64,000 bases of DNA, from contig CM068771.1 of the NCBI GenBank assembly GCA_035084275.1, positions 3,968,001-4,032,000 on the forward strand, in the 5' to 3' direction. How positions within the stretch are numbered: position 1 is the stretch's first letter; the number at the start of each line of letters is the position of its first letter. A model generated the notes under the pieces. It searched no databases. It was not told where the DNA came from and saw nothing but the letters and a program-made list of their open reading frames with translations. Positions 1 to 54,617 of the stretch are shown piece after piece. The position numbers and the translations under genes were made by a program. The stretch comes from Hydrolagus colliei (lineage: Eukaryota).

Positions 1-685
1 CCCCCACGCTGCCGAAACACTCATGCATGCGTACATCACCTCATGGCTGGACTGCGGAAACTCTCTCCTTGTCGGCCTCCCCAGCTCCTCCATTCACAGG
101 CTGTAGGTCATCCAAAACTCTGCAGCCCGTGTACTATCCCGCACCCGCCTCTGCGACCACATAACCCCCACCCTCGCCCGTCTCCACTGGCTCCCCGTCC
201 TCCAGAGGATCAAGTTCAAGATCTTCATCCTCACCTTCAAGGCCTTACACGGCCTTGCCCCGCCCTATTTAACCGATCTACTCTCCCCCTACACGCCCAC
301 CCGGACCCTCCGTTCAGCAGGACTTGGCCTGCTCCAAGCCCCCCGCCCAAACCGCCCCACCATCGGAGGCCGGGCCTTCAGTTTCTCCGCTCCCACCCTA
401 TGGAATTCCATCCCCCAATCCCTCCGCCTCATTTCTTCCCTTTCCTCTTTCAAGGCCGGTCTGAAGACTTTCTTCTTCGATCGTGCCTTTTGTTCCCCCC
501 AGAATTTTTCGACTTCCCCTACGTGTTTCACCCCTTCCCAAACACTCCCCTCCCAGCTCGGGTCACACGCCTCCTGTGCAGCGCCTTGGGACGTCCTCCC
601 GACGTGAAAGGCGCTTTATAAGTTTAAGTTGTTGTTGTTGTTCCTGATGTGAAAGGTGCTATACAAGAGTAATTTTGTTGTTGTT
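1..685 (+). mobile_element. L2 LINE 3' fragment (RT C-terminus, 3' UTR, (GTT)n tail) plus a second short tail
   Basis: Translates [19 protein letters not shown]...LWNSIPQSLR...FKAGLKTF; 3' UTR nearly identical to the long L2 at 6.8 kb; ends GTGAAAGGCGCTTTATA...(GTT)n. Confidence 0.9.
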
Positions 686-1134
686 GCATTGACATCCTTG
701 TGATGCCCAATTGTCAGAGCGTCATCATCTTTGATTGGCCAATGGAGCTAGCATAGAGGCTTCTCCTGTACTAAAGGGGATGAGCACTCAGCCCCCCCAC
801 CCCAACCCCCGAATATTCTCACCCACTGCCTATTTTTGTTTCAGTGACACACAGGAACCTGGTAACACTGCAGTTGGTAACACTGCAGTGGGGACGATTC
901 TTAATACCTTGGTTTCTGTTTGTCTCCTTCAGCAGGAAGATTCTGTCAGCAACATCTCCAACCAACATCCAGAACTAGAGCAACCGTTAATGGAGTGTAA
1001 TGGTAATGTTTGTGTATAGCATTATTGTGAAACTGACATTGGAGTTGAGAAGCTGCTTTCAGGATGGGCTGGGGGCTGAATGGCCTCTGAGTCACTCCAT
1101 CAGGTTACAACACTTCATTTATATTGCACTTTAA

Positions 1135-1890
1135 GAGAGGAGAGAGAGAGAGGAGATATAGAGATGAAGGGGGGATAGAGGGAGAGAGGAGTGGAGGTAG
1201 AGAGAAAGAGAAGAGGGGGGGTAGAGAGAAAGAGAGGAGGGGGGGTAGAGAAAAAGAGAGGAGGGGGGGTAGAGAAAAAGAGAGGGGGTGGGGGTAGAGA
1301 AAAAGAGAGGGGGGGGGGTAGAGAAAAAGAGAGGGGGGGGGTAGAGAAAAAGAGAGGGGGGGGGTAGAGAAAAAGAGAGGGGGGGGGGGTAGAAAGAAAG
1401 AGAGGAGGGGGGGGTAGAGAGATAGAGAGGAGGGGGAGGGGGTGCGTAGAGAGAAAGAAAGGAGGGTGGGGTAGAGAGATAGAGAGAGAGAGAGGAGTGG
1501 GGGTAGAGAGAAAGAGAGGAAGGAGGTAGAGAGAAAGAGAGGAGAGGAGTAGAGAGAAAGAGAGGAGGGGAGGTAGAGAAAAAGAGAGGAGGGGGTAGAG
1601 AGAAAGAGAGAAGGGGGTGGGTAGAGTGAAAGAGAGGAGGGTGGGGTAGAGAGAAAGCGAAGAGGGGGTAGAGAGAAAGAGGAAGGGGGTAGAGAGAAAG
1701 AGGAAGGGGGTAGAGAGAAAGAGGAGGGGGTAGAGAGAGGGGAAGAAAAGAGAGGGAGGGGGAGATAGAGAGATAGAGATGAGGTGGGGATAGAGAGAGT
1801 GGGTGGGGGGGATAGAGAGAAAGAGAGGAGGGGGGATAGAGAGAAAGAGAGGAGGGGGGATAGAGAGAAAGAGAGGAGGGGGAGGAAGAA
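1135..1890. repeat. GA-rich low-complexity tandem repeat (AGAGAAAGAGAGGAGGGGGGT-like)
   Basis: Purine-only imperfect ~20-nt units seen directly. Confidence 0.95.
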
Positions 1891-2149
1891 AGAAGTGTGT
1901 CATGTGTCTGGAATGCTGGTGCCCAGGTTGGGATATTTCAGTGTGGTGACTGTGCAGACCTGGCCTGGAGCAGTAGGATCGGGGTTTTTATTCCTGCAAT
2001 TTTTGTCACATTCCGGATTCCAGAACTCTGGACTTTTGGCTACCTGTACACTGAAAATGTTAGTGTTAGGAACTGCTAGGCACTAAACTGATGTTAGTGG
2101 GGAGGCTTGGGTCGGGGCGGCCTTTTGGCTGCGGTCAAATACCGTAATA

Positions 2150-2232
2150 CAGTTAAACTCTCGCTTAACAAAATTTTCGCTGAAAGAAGAGTTTTAAAGT
2201 CCCTAACCCATTTGTTAAGCGGGAATCTACCT
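2150..2232. mobile_element. 83-bp Tc1/Tigger-type MITE
   Basis: TA-flanked; left CAGTTAAACTCTCGCTTAACAAA vs reverse complement of right end AAGGTAGATTCCCGCTTAACAAA. Confidence 0.6.
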
Positions 2233-2254
2233 TAAATAGTTACACCATTCAACA

Positions 2255-2460
2255 CAATCATGCCATGACCCATTCTATCATCTCCACTTCTCCGTATCAT
2301 CTTGCATCCGCACCCTAACCTGTACCTTCATCACATCCTTGCTTGAATATGCTGACTCCATACTCGCTAGACTTTGCAAATCTTCCTAGTAACAAGCTAC
2401 ATTTGATTCACAATTCAGTTGGGCAGTTCATGCCCTCTCCCGCGCTAAGCTTTGCATCTC
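2255..2460 (+). mobile_element. Degenerate L2 fragment
   Basis: FITSLLEYADSILA resembles L2 AFITSRLDYxNSLLxG. Confidence 0.5.
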
Positions 2461-3212
2461 TATGACAGGCTGATCAGAAAGATTTTTTATTTACACAAAA
2501 ACAATTTGTCTGTGTATCGAACTGTATGGTGACCACATATTGTAAACGAGACTCAGGGACGTGTATAAAATAAAGTGAACTTCCCACAATAGCTGATGCT
2601 GCAGTTTTGGGAGAAGCTTGAAGGATTAATGGCTGTGTTTCTCTGATCTGTGTATCCGGTTTAGAAAGTTAAGGTTCCAGCTAATTTTGCTGTTGAACTT
2701 AAAACGGGGCAAATTGAAGTGTATTTTGATGACGAGACTGGCTTTTACAGTTCTAACCTTACATCTGGATTCACAAGTCAGTCGTAACAGAAAAGCATTT
2801 ACTGCCAGGCAAGCCAAGGATCAGTTGCTTGATATTTATATGTGTTGTTGAGGATTGACAGAAAAGCTTTATTGTGTCTGCCGTATCCTGTAATCGTTGA
2901 AGTTGTGGTTTCCATTCACACAGTTTCCTGTCACAAACTTGTCTGCACAGTTACCTCCTCTCATCAACTGCCACGTTCGGGATTTCTTGTGTTGCCACTG
3001 GAGTTGTATTTTCAACCTTTGATCTTGAGCATGGAAGCCGCATTAGATGGGTTCAAAGGGGGAAATGGTGAGAAAGAAAGGAGCGAATTCCTGGACACGT
3101 CGATCTCTGATTCCTGCTCCTCCAGGTGCTCAAGGTCCCAGCACCACAACTCACTCATCCTCCTCCCCTTGCTTTAGCCCTCCACCCCGTACCCTCACTC
3201 TCACGCTTTAAT

Positions 3213-3549
3213 GGAGCTCCTGTAGCTCAGTGGTTAGAGCACTTACCTTAGAAGCGTGAGACCAGTGTATCGAATCCAGGCAGATCAGGGCGAAGCCTTG
3301 GGCAAGTTTCCTTACTCCACACACACACACACACACACACTCACCTAATAATAATCTGTCCAAACAAAACACAATAATTGGTCATTTCAAACCACGACTG
3401 TTTGTGGGGACGCCGCTGTGCGCAATTGGCTGCCGTGTTGCACCCAGAAATATATACAGTCACTTCACTTTACAGTATATTCTGTGAAGGGCTTTGAGAC
3501 ATCGATAAAATGTGAAAAGTGCCATATCAAATGCAAGGATTATTATTAT
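3213..3549 (+). mobile_element. tRNA-derived SINE with Deu-type core and L2-like 3' tail
   Basis: A box TAGCTCAGTGG, B box GTATCGAATCC, core CTGTTTGTGGG...CTGTGCGCAATTGGCTGCC, tail GTGAAAAGTGCCATATCAAATGCAAGGA(TTA)n. Confidence 0.85.
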
Positions 3550-3789
3550 CTCAACTCACTCTCTCTGTCTCTGCTTCTTACCCTGTCTTTTTCTGTCTCG
3601 GCTGTGTCTGGTCTCCCCTCACTAGGTGCCAACAATGAAACTCCTGACCAGTTCATGTTGTTCTAAACTTTGCAATGAAGTCTCACACAGGAACCAGCCA
3701 CAGACACGTTGGCTGCAGATTACTTAACATCTTAATTACAGAATCCCTCGCCACACTTTACAACTTGCATTTATTTACACAGCAGCCCT

Positions 3790-4070
3790 GACGCGGGTGG
3801 GGTTCCAGAGTGTTTTAACAGTGGCAGAATGTGACCGTGAGCCAGTGCGAGGGGAGAGAGCATACGAGCTGTAGAATACTGAGTGATCCGCGAACAGGGA
3901 GTTTGTGTAGTTGAGACTGGATGTGATGAATGCGTGATGAGGGTCTCCGTGGCCTGGAATGGGAGACAGTAGCAGAACATGGCAGTGTTGCAGACGTGGG
4001 AAGTGTCACAACATGGATGTGGAGGATGGAGTGCAGTTGACAGTCGAACGGGACGCTGAGGTTCCTTGTC
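3790..4070 (-). mobile_element. Degenerate L2 RT fragment
   Basis: Reverse strand matches L2 HIxNIARLR...AETLxHAFITSRLDY region. Confidence 0.65.
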
Positions 4071-4389
4071 AGATGTAATGTGTCTGTGTGATACGACTAC
4101 TTATGCAAGGTTGACAAAGCTCACACTTTGCATAAGCCATACAATGCATGGTCCAAACTGTTACGACTTATGAGGTTTACTCTACTTTGTAATATTTTCA
4201 ACATAAAATCACAAACAAATGCTACATATATTCTACTACTACGAATGATAATAATCCTTGCATTTTGATACTGCACATCAGTCTCCACCCATTCCTTACT
4301 CCCACTCGTTCCATTGAATTCTCCCTCCCCCTCAGTCTCCTGACAAAGAATGGAGTGTCGGACACAGATGCACATCCTGTGTGTTATTC

Positions 4390-5195
4390 AGCCTCTCTGC
4401 CCATATACACTGGAACTCCATCCCACAATCCCTTCACCTCGCTTCCTCCCTCTCCTCCTTTAAGGCCTGTCTCAAGACCGTCCTATTCGATGGAGCCTTC
4501 TGCTCCTCTCCCAGCTCTACCCCTTCACCTACTCCCCTTCCCCCTAACCTGATCCCCACCACACCCACTTGTGTCCCGACCCAACTGTTCAGTGCCTTGG
4601 GATGTCCTTGGGGAGTGTGAAAGGTGCTCTACAAATATGTTGTTGTTGTTGTTAACCTGCCTGCACTACCATCAAGAGGGGGAGGGGGAGCCAAGGAGGG
4701 GGTACAAAACCCACTCTGCAGGCCATGTCCTCTGCCTCTTTCAGCTCCACAAACCTATCACCCCATCCACTCCAGGCTCCACTGTCTCCCCAACACTCAG
4801 AGGATACAGTTCAAAATCCTGGTACTCATCTTCAAAGCCATCCAGGGCTTTCATTGCTCTCATAACCTCTGTGACCTCCTATTGCATTGCCAACCTGTCC
4901 ACTCCATCTGCACAGTGTGCTCCATCCAGCTCCACATCCCAATCATTGGCAGGTGAGCCTTCAGCCTCTCTGCCCACACCCTCAGTCCATCCACCTCGCG
5001 CCCTCCATTGCATCCTTTGTGAAACATCTCAAGACCCTCCTCTTTGACCGTGCCTTTTGGTAAACCTCTTATCCCCTGCCCTCCACTCCTCCTGATCTGA
5101 ACTACCAGCTCAGGTGGGGATCCCTGACAGTCAAGCGCCTTGGGACGTCCTCCAGACATGAGAGGTGCTGTGGAAATATAATTTGTTGTTGTGCA
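4390..5195 (+). mobile_element. Cluster of L2 3' fragments (4390-4645 +, 4740-5060 +, tail 5120-5195 -)
   Basis: GCCTTGGGATGTCC...GTGAAAGGTGCT tails with (GTT)n; RIQFKILVLIFKA motif. Confidence 0.7.
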
Positions 5196-6152
5196 TTGGA
5201 GGTGTGTGTGTGAGGTGAGGTTTAGGTTTGTGTGTATCGGGGTCAGGAGAGTGTGTGGATTGTGTATAATCATTGGGCATAAAATAATGACATAACATGA
5301 TTTAGTGTTAATTGCTCTTGTATTTTGCAAATCAATGACAATATTTTCTATAATAATATCAAGTCTATAATAATATCAAAGGTGAAGCTTCTTGACTGAT
5401 TGTTACAGTGAATGAGAAATGTTACACAGATTATAAAAGTAGTCACTGAAAATACACATTACACATTGTTTATACACAGTGAGACGAGGCTGACGCTAGA
5501 GTAGAATGTGTCACCTTGTTTATAGACACTAAAGTGATTTGGGAGATTTCAGTGAGATTCTGAGCCCAGCCCCCGACTGTGAGACTGGGCATTGCTGGAG
5601 AGGAAGATATCAGCCGATATCCCTGTCTCAGACCGTGTGAGCTCACACACTGATGGAAGCTCAGATTCTCTCAGCACAAGCCCAGAGACCAGCTGGTGAT
5701 GAAGTTTTCATTGTAATTGATTCCTGTCTCAGACTCAGCTCAAAACTGGGGGAAAAGCCCAGAATCAAACACTCGGCTCCATCCAAACCTCGCGGTTACA
5801 ACAGTCAAATAGACGGTGGGTGGTGAGGGCTGGTGGGGGCTCAGTCCCTATCTCCCCCTCACCATTTAATGAGAGATGGGAGGGAAAGCCATGAGGAGGA
5901 TCTCAGCCAGTCCTCCCAGCAACCGCAACACATGGGCCCCTCTTGCCGCTCTCACACCCTGTCAGCGGTTGGTTGCCAAGGCGATGGATTCCCCCCCACC
6001 CCCCACGCGGCCCCCATTGATACTGACGCAGAGCCAAGTCTCATCTTAAAGTGGCCACTCAGCCTCTCGCCTCACGCACATCCCCCCAGAATACTCTCAC
6101 CCCCCACCACCAACCTGTGAACCTAGTCAGTGACTCAGTGTTTTCCTCCTGA

Positions 6153-48280
<42,128 letters not shown>

Positions 48281-48589
48281 CTCTAGGACCCTCACAATGA
48301 GATCACAACTGGTTACAACAGCAAATAGGATAATTACACACAGAGATTTGTGTTTGTACATAATTAACAAGATATAAAACATAATTAATAATCCTGTGAT
48401 ATAAAACATGTACTTTGCATTAACATTTACACACAGAGGTGAACAAACTGCCTTCTCTGTTGGAACAGTGATCTGGGATCATTAACTGTGACATTGAGGC
48501 TTCCCCAAGCCCCACATTGGGGGTCTCCTTCAGGTCGTTTGGGGAATAAACATGTTGTATGTATCTCCTGTAATGTGCATTCATCACAT

Positions 48590-49195
48590 TAAGGCTTGAC
48601 TATGGAAACTCCCTTCTCGTCGGCCTTCCTGGCTCTTCCCTTCACAAGCTGCAGATCATCCAGAACTCTGCAACTCGTGTCCTCACCCTCACCAAGCTCC
48701 GCGATCACATCACTCCCACCCTCGCCCGGCTCCATTGGCTCCCTATCACCCAGAGGATCGAATTTGAGATCCTCATCCTCACCTTCAAGGCCATTCATGG
48801 CCTTGCCCACCCCCACCATGTCCTGCAGTCCCCCTATGAATCTCCCCACCCCCTCCATTCAGCGGGCTTCAGCTTGCTCCATGTCCCCCGCCCGACCCAC
48901 CTTACCATTGGCGGGCGGGCTTTCAGCCTCTGCCACCACACTCTGGAACTCCATCACAAAGCCCTTCGCCTTTCTCCCTCCCTCTCCTCCTTCAAGGCTG
49001 GTTTCAAGAACCTCCTCTTTGACCGTGCCTTCTGCTGCCCTCCCAACTCTCTCCCTCCACTCCTACTCTCTCTTGCCCCTCCCCCCTACCCTGCCCCTCT
49101 CCCTTCTTCGGGGTCCCGACCTAATTGTTCAATGCCTTAGGATGTCCTCCCAATGTGAAAGGTGCTCCATAAATGTAATTTTGTTGTTGTTGCTC
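48590..49195 (+). mobile_element. L2 3' fragment
   Basis: [13 protein letters not shown]...[16 protein letters not shown]; (GTT)n tail. Confidence 0.85.
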
Positions 49196-49279
49196 CTCCT
49201 GGCCTCCTCCTCAGAGACACTCCTTATACACCCCCATAAAGGTGCAGGTCAGAGAGAAGACTCCCATTCCCTTCCCTCC

Positions 49280-49380
49280 TCACTTCCCTCCAATTGGGAA
49301 TTGGAGGGAATTCCCAAATGGGAATTCTTAGCAAACTTCCCTCACTTCCCTCCAAATGGGAATTCTTAGCAAACTGGGAA
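49280..49380. promoter_or_regulatory. Cluster of NF-kB-like sites in a local duplication
   Basis: Perfect palindrome GGGAATTCCC at 49306-49315 plus repeated TGGGAATT. Confidence 0.35.
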
Positions 49381-49561
49381 TAAACTCACTGCAACGGCTC
49401 ACACTTTACTATTTACACAAATCTGACAAAAGAGAACATTTATTTTTCACACCAAACATTCGCTCTATAAGTGTAATTTGTTGTTGTTGTTTGAAACACA
49501 GACAGATACGCCGACATTTTGTCTTTAATTGTATAGATTTAAACTACACACCATTACGTGT

Positions 49562-49572
49562 GAAAGTGAAAC
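49562..49572 (+). promoter_or_regulatory. ISRE/IRF-E-like site in putative BTN intron 1
   Basis: GAAAGTGAAAC. Confidence 0.4.
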
Positions 49573-49666
49573 TTGTGAATGATAAAACTGGAAGAACAGT
49601 AAAATTAAGTAATTATTTCAATGGTAAAGTAAATTTAATTTCAGGAAAACATTTACTGACACTTAC

Positions 49667-49800
49667 CTGTTAAGTTTCTGCATCAAATGATGAAAATCTT
49701 CACTGTTAAAAATATGTTAAATGTTTGTCCATGATGGCGATGTTCAGTGTCTAATCCTGCTTTTGGTTTCGGTGGGAATCACATTATAGACACACAAACA
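49667..49800 (-). other. Putative non-coding exon 1 of the BTN gene (5' limit unknown)
   Basis: Consensus donor CAG|GTAAGT at 49667/49666, upstream of the SP exon. Confidence 0.4.
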
Positions 49801-50509
49801 GGGAAAGGTTCAGCTCAAATATTCTTGATAATATGGAGTGGGTAAAAGTCCTGTGATTTTCACTGTTAGTGTTGATTGTTGTCCATCACTTGCTGCCAGT
49901 AACATACAATTACTGCTCTGAGACACCTTCACGTTTCACTGGAAGAATTTTCAATCCCACAGAAACCCCCCAAGTTATTGATTTCTAGGTTAATGTGTAA
50001 TAGATCTTTATGGTGAAGGAGGTTGCTGAGACAGGGTGGGGAAAGTCTGAGCATTGATTTCAAGGTGACACAAGGTGGAACTCGATCAGCTGGGGGATGG
50101 GGAGCCAATGGAGCTGAGATGGGATGGAGTGACAGGTTGGCAAATACTGGAGTAAGAGGTTAAACAGGTGCAGGTCTTAACAACAATGTAACCATTCAAT
50201 ATGATCAAGACTGAGTTGAAAATATGGGTCTATTAAAACAGCACTTATTGTTGTTGCAGTAATTGATATTTAAAAAAACCTAATCTAGTCTATTGAAAAC
50301 ATAGCATACCAAATCACTATTCCTGTTTCAGGCAAAGTTACACTGGGCCCCTCTGCGAGCCTGTATCTACAGGATGCTGAGCTGAAATCAACATTGTGGT
50401 GTGAGCCTTTCTGCTGTTCCCCCAGATTCCACATTTGAACAAATACATATACACAAAACCTATTTAATATATCAGCCCTCATATGGGATATCATATGAGT
50501 AGAGTCCCA

Positions 50510-51010
50510 GAGCACTTCACGGTGGCAGAGTCTGACAATGAGCCAGTGGGAGAGGGAGAAGTTAGGTGATCACAAGCACAATCAAAAAGAAAGTTATTTT
50601 GGTGGGATTTGAAGTTGGGGAGGGAGGGGACAAGGTGGAGCAATTGAGGAAAAGTTCCAGAGTTTCAGACATGATGACTGAAGGCACGGCCACCGATGGA
50701 GGAACGGAAGGGCTGAGGGGCAGTTAGGCTAGAGCCAGCTGAGTGGAGGGAGCGGGTGGTGGAGTGGCGGATAATCAGATTGGATCGGTAGGGGGCTGCG
50801 AGCAATTTAAGTAATTTGAAAATGAATGAGACAATCTTAAAGTTGATCTATTCAGTGATTGCTAGTAGAGCCTAGTAAGGATGGGTATGATGCGAGTTTT
50901 GTGCATGTGAGTATCTGGGCAGTGGAGGTTTTAATTAATTAGATTTTGTGTGTGGCAGATTTGTGGAGACCAGCGAGTAGGGCATTGCCGGGAAATGCCG
51001 AAGTTGTGGA
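50510..51010 (-). mobile_element. Degenerate L2 3' fragment
   Basis: Reverse strand resembles L2 LWNxLP...SLxxFK region. Confidence 0.5.
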
Positions 51011-51240
51011 TGAGGGATTCAGTGTGGTAGAAAGGAAATACAGGTACGATGGCAACTGGAATCAGAAAACATCTCACCTTTGTACTGGGTGCAGGTGGTA
51101 ATACTGTATACGAATAACCTTTGTATTTGATAAAGCAACATGGAGCAGGAAAGCTTGACAAAGTTCACCTGAAAAAAGCCTAATCAGTAACAGCTTTCAA
51201 GAGAGAAGCAGATCATTATTTGTGTCGGACAGAATTACAG

Positions 51241-51330
51241 TACAGTAGATACCCGTTTATCTGGCACCCTTGGGACCTGGCCAGTGCCGGTTAAAGCGCC
51301 TGCCGGATATTCGGCAGAAAACCCAAAACA
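51241..51330. mobile_element. Tigger-like terminal fragment
   Basis: TA-CAGTAGATACCCGTTTATCTGGCACC resembles the TIR of the 43.4-kb MITE; partner end not found. Confidence 0.4.
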
Positions 51331-51581
51331 ATTGTTTTTAAAAAATTAAATAATAAGACGAAATAATCATTTATATAATATATATAATAATATATGTTGT
51401 CAATATCCTATCGCTTTCCATTGCAAAATGTTAAGGGACTTATTACTCCACTTAATACGTAACTTGTTACAATCTAGAAATTTCCATATGTGCAGTTAGG
51501 TTACTTATTGATATAAGCATAACATTATTGTAATTATAGGCCTTCGATCTCTACCATTGTGCTACAGGCAGTGGGTCCCAC

Positions 51582-52870
51582 CAAGGCCGGCCAAGGGTAT
51601 TTGGCACCCTAGGCGAGACTTCAGATGTGCGCCCCCTAGTAACTTTTGATAAGCTAATGTTAATACTAAAAATTCATAACATTAATTATTAATGAAAGTA
51701 ATGGTAATAGTTATACATTTATTTATGAAACATACTTCTGTTTTATTTAAGTATTGAGCATACACAGCGTACTGCATACACACACAAAAGCACACATAAT
51801 ATGTAAAGACTCATCATTCACATGTAGATAAGTCTGTCTATGTTGTGTCTGTATGTCCGGATTGAATGACTTAGAAATCCGTTCTGCCAGGATTGGAAAC
51901 AGCCAGGATAATGATGAACTCTATTCCCAACCGCTTCCAATAAAAAGGAAAAAAATCTTGAGTGAAGTCTTACATGTTCTGTTTTATTTTACACTGTACA
52001 TAAACAAGATTATGGTAAATGATACAAACTTTATTGAATGATCCACAATTTCCATTAACCCTAAAATATACATTACACTGCATGAAGTCTACTAGTCTCA
52101 TACAATTTTACCATTTATCATATAAGACGTGCAAATAAAAGTAAATTCTCGTAACTCCAGTAAAACTGCAGAATAAATATTGACAATTCAAGCTGACTGC
52201 CGTTAAAATGACATACCTCTACCTGTAATAGTTTCTGGTTATTGAGGTGTAAAGAGTAACACGCTCGGGATAAGCCGCTCAATTAAATTTTTGCTTGTAA
52301 CAATTTAGGCTAAAATTGTAACTTTACTTTTCGTGCTTTCATGTTTGCAAATTTAGAAACAAGTTCTTTAAGATCAAGTTTTTCCGCAATTTCCTGTTCT
52401 ATTGACACTGTGGCCAGTCCAACAAGTCTCTCTTGCCGCATTGAAGAACAAAGGTATGTTTTGATTAAGTCTATCTTTGAAAAGCTATGCTCCCCACTGG
52501 CAACAGAAACTGGAAAAGTCAAGAGAATGCGGAGAGCAATGAAGATGTTGGGAACACTGTCAGTTTATTTTCGCACACAAATAAATCATGAGGAGTAAGA
52601 CTGCAATTCACTGCACAGATCTCCAGCATCCATTCCTTTGGAAGTTCCATGTTGCAAAGCTGACTCTAGTTTCACGCAATGTTCCATTATCTGTTTTGAT
52701 GTATTATTTTGTAAACTGTGGATATTGTAGAGGAAACTAAACACATAATTAAGTTTATGTATCTGTTCAAATCGTTCTACAGCTGACTGTATAGCAGCAT
52801 CAATCTTCAGAAAGGACGTTGAATATTTTAACAGTAATCCAATAAATAATGACGATCACAGCTTCAGAAA
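51582..52870 (-). mobile_element. hAT DNA transposon remnant (3' end with dimerisation domain)
   Basis: FPVSVASGEHSFSKIDLIKTYLCSSMRQERLVGLATVSIE (hATC motif); terminus CAAGGCCGGCC...GGCACCCTAGGCGA. Confidence 0.75.
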
Positions 52871-52924
52871 GGACAGGTCTTGTCTGACCAATCTTGCACA
52901 CATTTCGTGAAGGTATTAGCAGCC

Positions 52925-54160
52925 CAGTGTATAGCGCCTTTCACGTCAGGAGGACGTCCCAAAGTGCTGGACAGTCACTGCTTCAGAACCGAGCTGAGGA
53001 CGAGGGGGTGGGGGGAAGGAGGGGCAATAAGGGGTTGCCGATGGGTCCATCGAAGAGGAGAGTCATCTTCAGGATGTCTCAAAGCGCTTCACAGGATACA
53101 CAGTAAACTGAATTGACTGTGTATTTTCTGGGCGAAACTTTCATCAACGTTACATGAGGTAATCCCATACAGGGTCATTAGCCTGGATTGCACCTCAACA
53201 TGAAGTAGAAAGTGCTTTTAAACTGTACATTTCAGTACATGCCTGAGTCAACAAATCATTAAGTTCTACGAACTTTGGAAGCATTTGTATGACAAACCTG
53301 ATACGGAAGCCAACATACTGTAGTGCTCTGCCCTGGCCGTTGGACGGGAACCTTGCGCTTCATTAAGAATCTATGGCAACAATCAGATCAATTACACATC
53401 AAGATCATTTAATGTATCATTAAAATTGCACTTACCTTTGCTGATGGAGGAAAGCGAGCTTACCATAGCGTGACTATATTCTACTAGCACCAGACCAGAG
53501 AAGCCTGGGTAAGAAACATGTGTGTGTGCATGTGTGTTGGAAGGTGTGATGTGTGGCCAAGTGGGACTTCTGCACCTAAACCTCGAGTAGTCACAGAAAG
53601 AGGACCCCCACTTTTGCCCTTACTGACTCTCTTCCTTTGCACGATGCCTTGCTGTCACAATGTGCCAAGGTGGAGGATGCTGGAGCTGGAGGGATTGGGC
53701 ATTAGAAGGGCACAGGACGACAACGAAAACATTACATTTGTATAGCACCTTTCATATCAGGACGACATGCAATGGCGCCAAAGGAGGGAGGAGTGAGGGC
53801 CTTGGGGGACTTTAGAAGTCAGGGTCAGGTTCTTGAGCTGTATCCTCTGTGTGATGCTAAGCCAGTGGAGACAGGCAAGGATGTGGTGATAGGGTCGTGG
53901 AAACTGGTGCAAGAGAACCAGGGATGCAGAGTTCTGAATGATCTACAGCCTGTCGAGTGAGGTGTTGGGTAGGCTAACAAACAGTGAGATTGCGTAGTCA
54001 AGCCTGGATGTGATGAATGCGTGGATGAGCATCTTGATGGCCTGCAGTGAGAGACAGTGGTGTAACCAGGCAATGTTGCTGAGGTGGGGAAAGGTGGAGC
54101 GGGTCAAGGCATGGATGTGGGTGATGAAGGACAGCTGACGGTCGAACAGGACACTGAGCT
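52925..54160 (-). mobile_element. L2 fragments (tail 52925-53100; tail plus RT piece 53730-54160)
   Basis: TATAGCGCCTTTCACGTCAGGAGGACGTCC; HAFITSRLDYAISL. Confidence 0.7.
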
Positions 54161-54269
54161 TCTGTATTGGATATGATGTGTCTACGTGAAATGACTTATG
54201 CAAATTCGACATATCCCACACTTTGCATGAGTCTTAAAATGCGGGTTCCAATCTGATACGACTTCTGAA

Positions 54270-54572
54270 GCTCAGTGGTTCGAGGACTCGCCTTAAAAGC
54301 TAGAAACCTGGTTTCAATTACAGGCAGGGTGAACCTCTGGGCAACTTTCTTTACTCCACATGCCTAATAATAATCCCTCAAAAAAACCCAATAATAATTT
54401 GGTCATTTCAATCCACAACTGTTTGTGGGGCACTGCTGAGCGCAATTGGCGGAAGGGTTTCACCCAGATATAACTACAGTCAATTCACTTTACAGTATGA
54501 TCTGCAAAGTGCTTTGAGACGGCTTGAAAAGCACTATATCAAAAATTCAAGGATTATTAATATTATTATTGT
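54270..54572 (+). mobile_element. Deu-type SINE
   Basis: AGCTCAGTGG, CTGTTTGTGGGG...GCGCAATTGGC core, CAAGGA(TTA)n tail. Confidence 0.8.
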
Positions 54573-54617
54573 TTGTTGTATTTTCAACATAAAGTAACAA
54601 AGAAGTGATTTAGAAAG

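Noticed and set aside
1115-1903. 262-aa Pro/Leu/Ser ORF
   Set aside because: Translation of a GA-rich simple repeat
3213-3285. tRNA gene
   Set aside because: A/B boxes continue into a SINE core and tail; no complete cloverleaf
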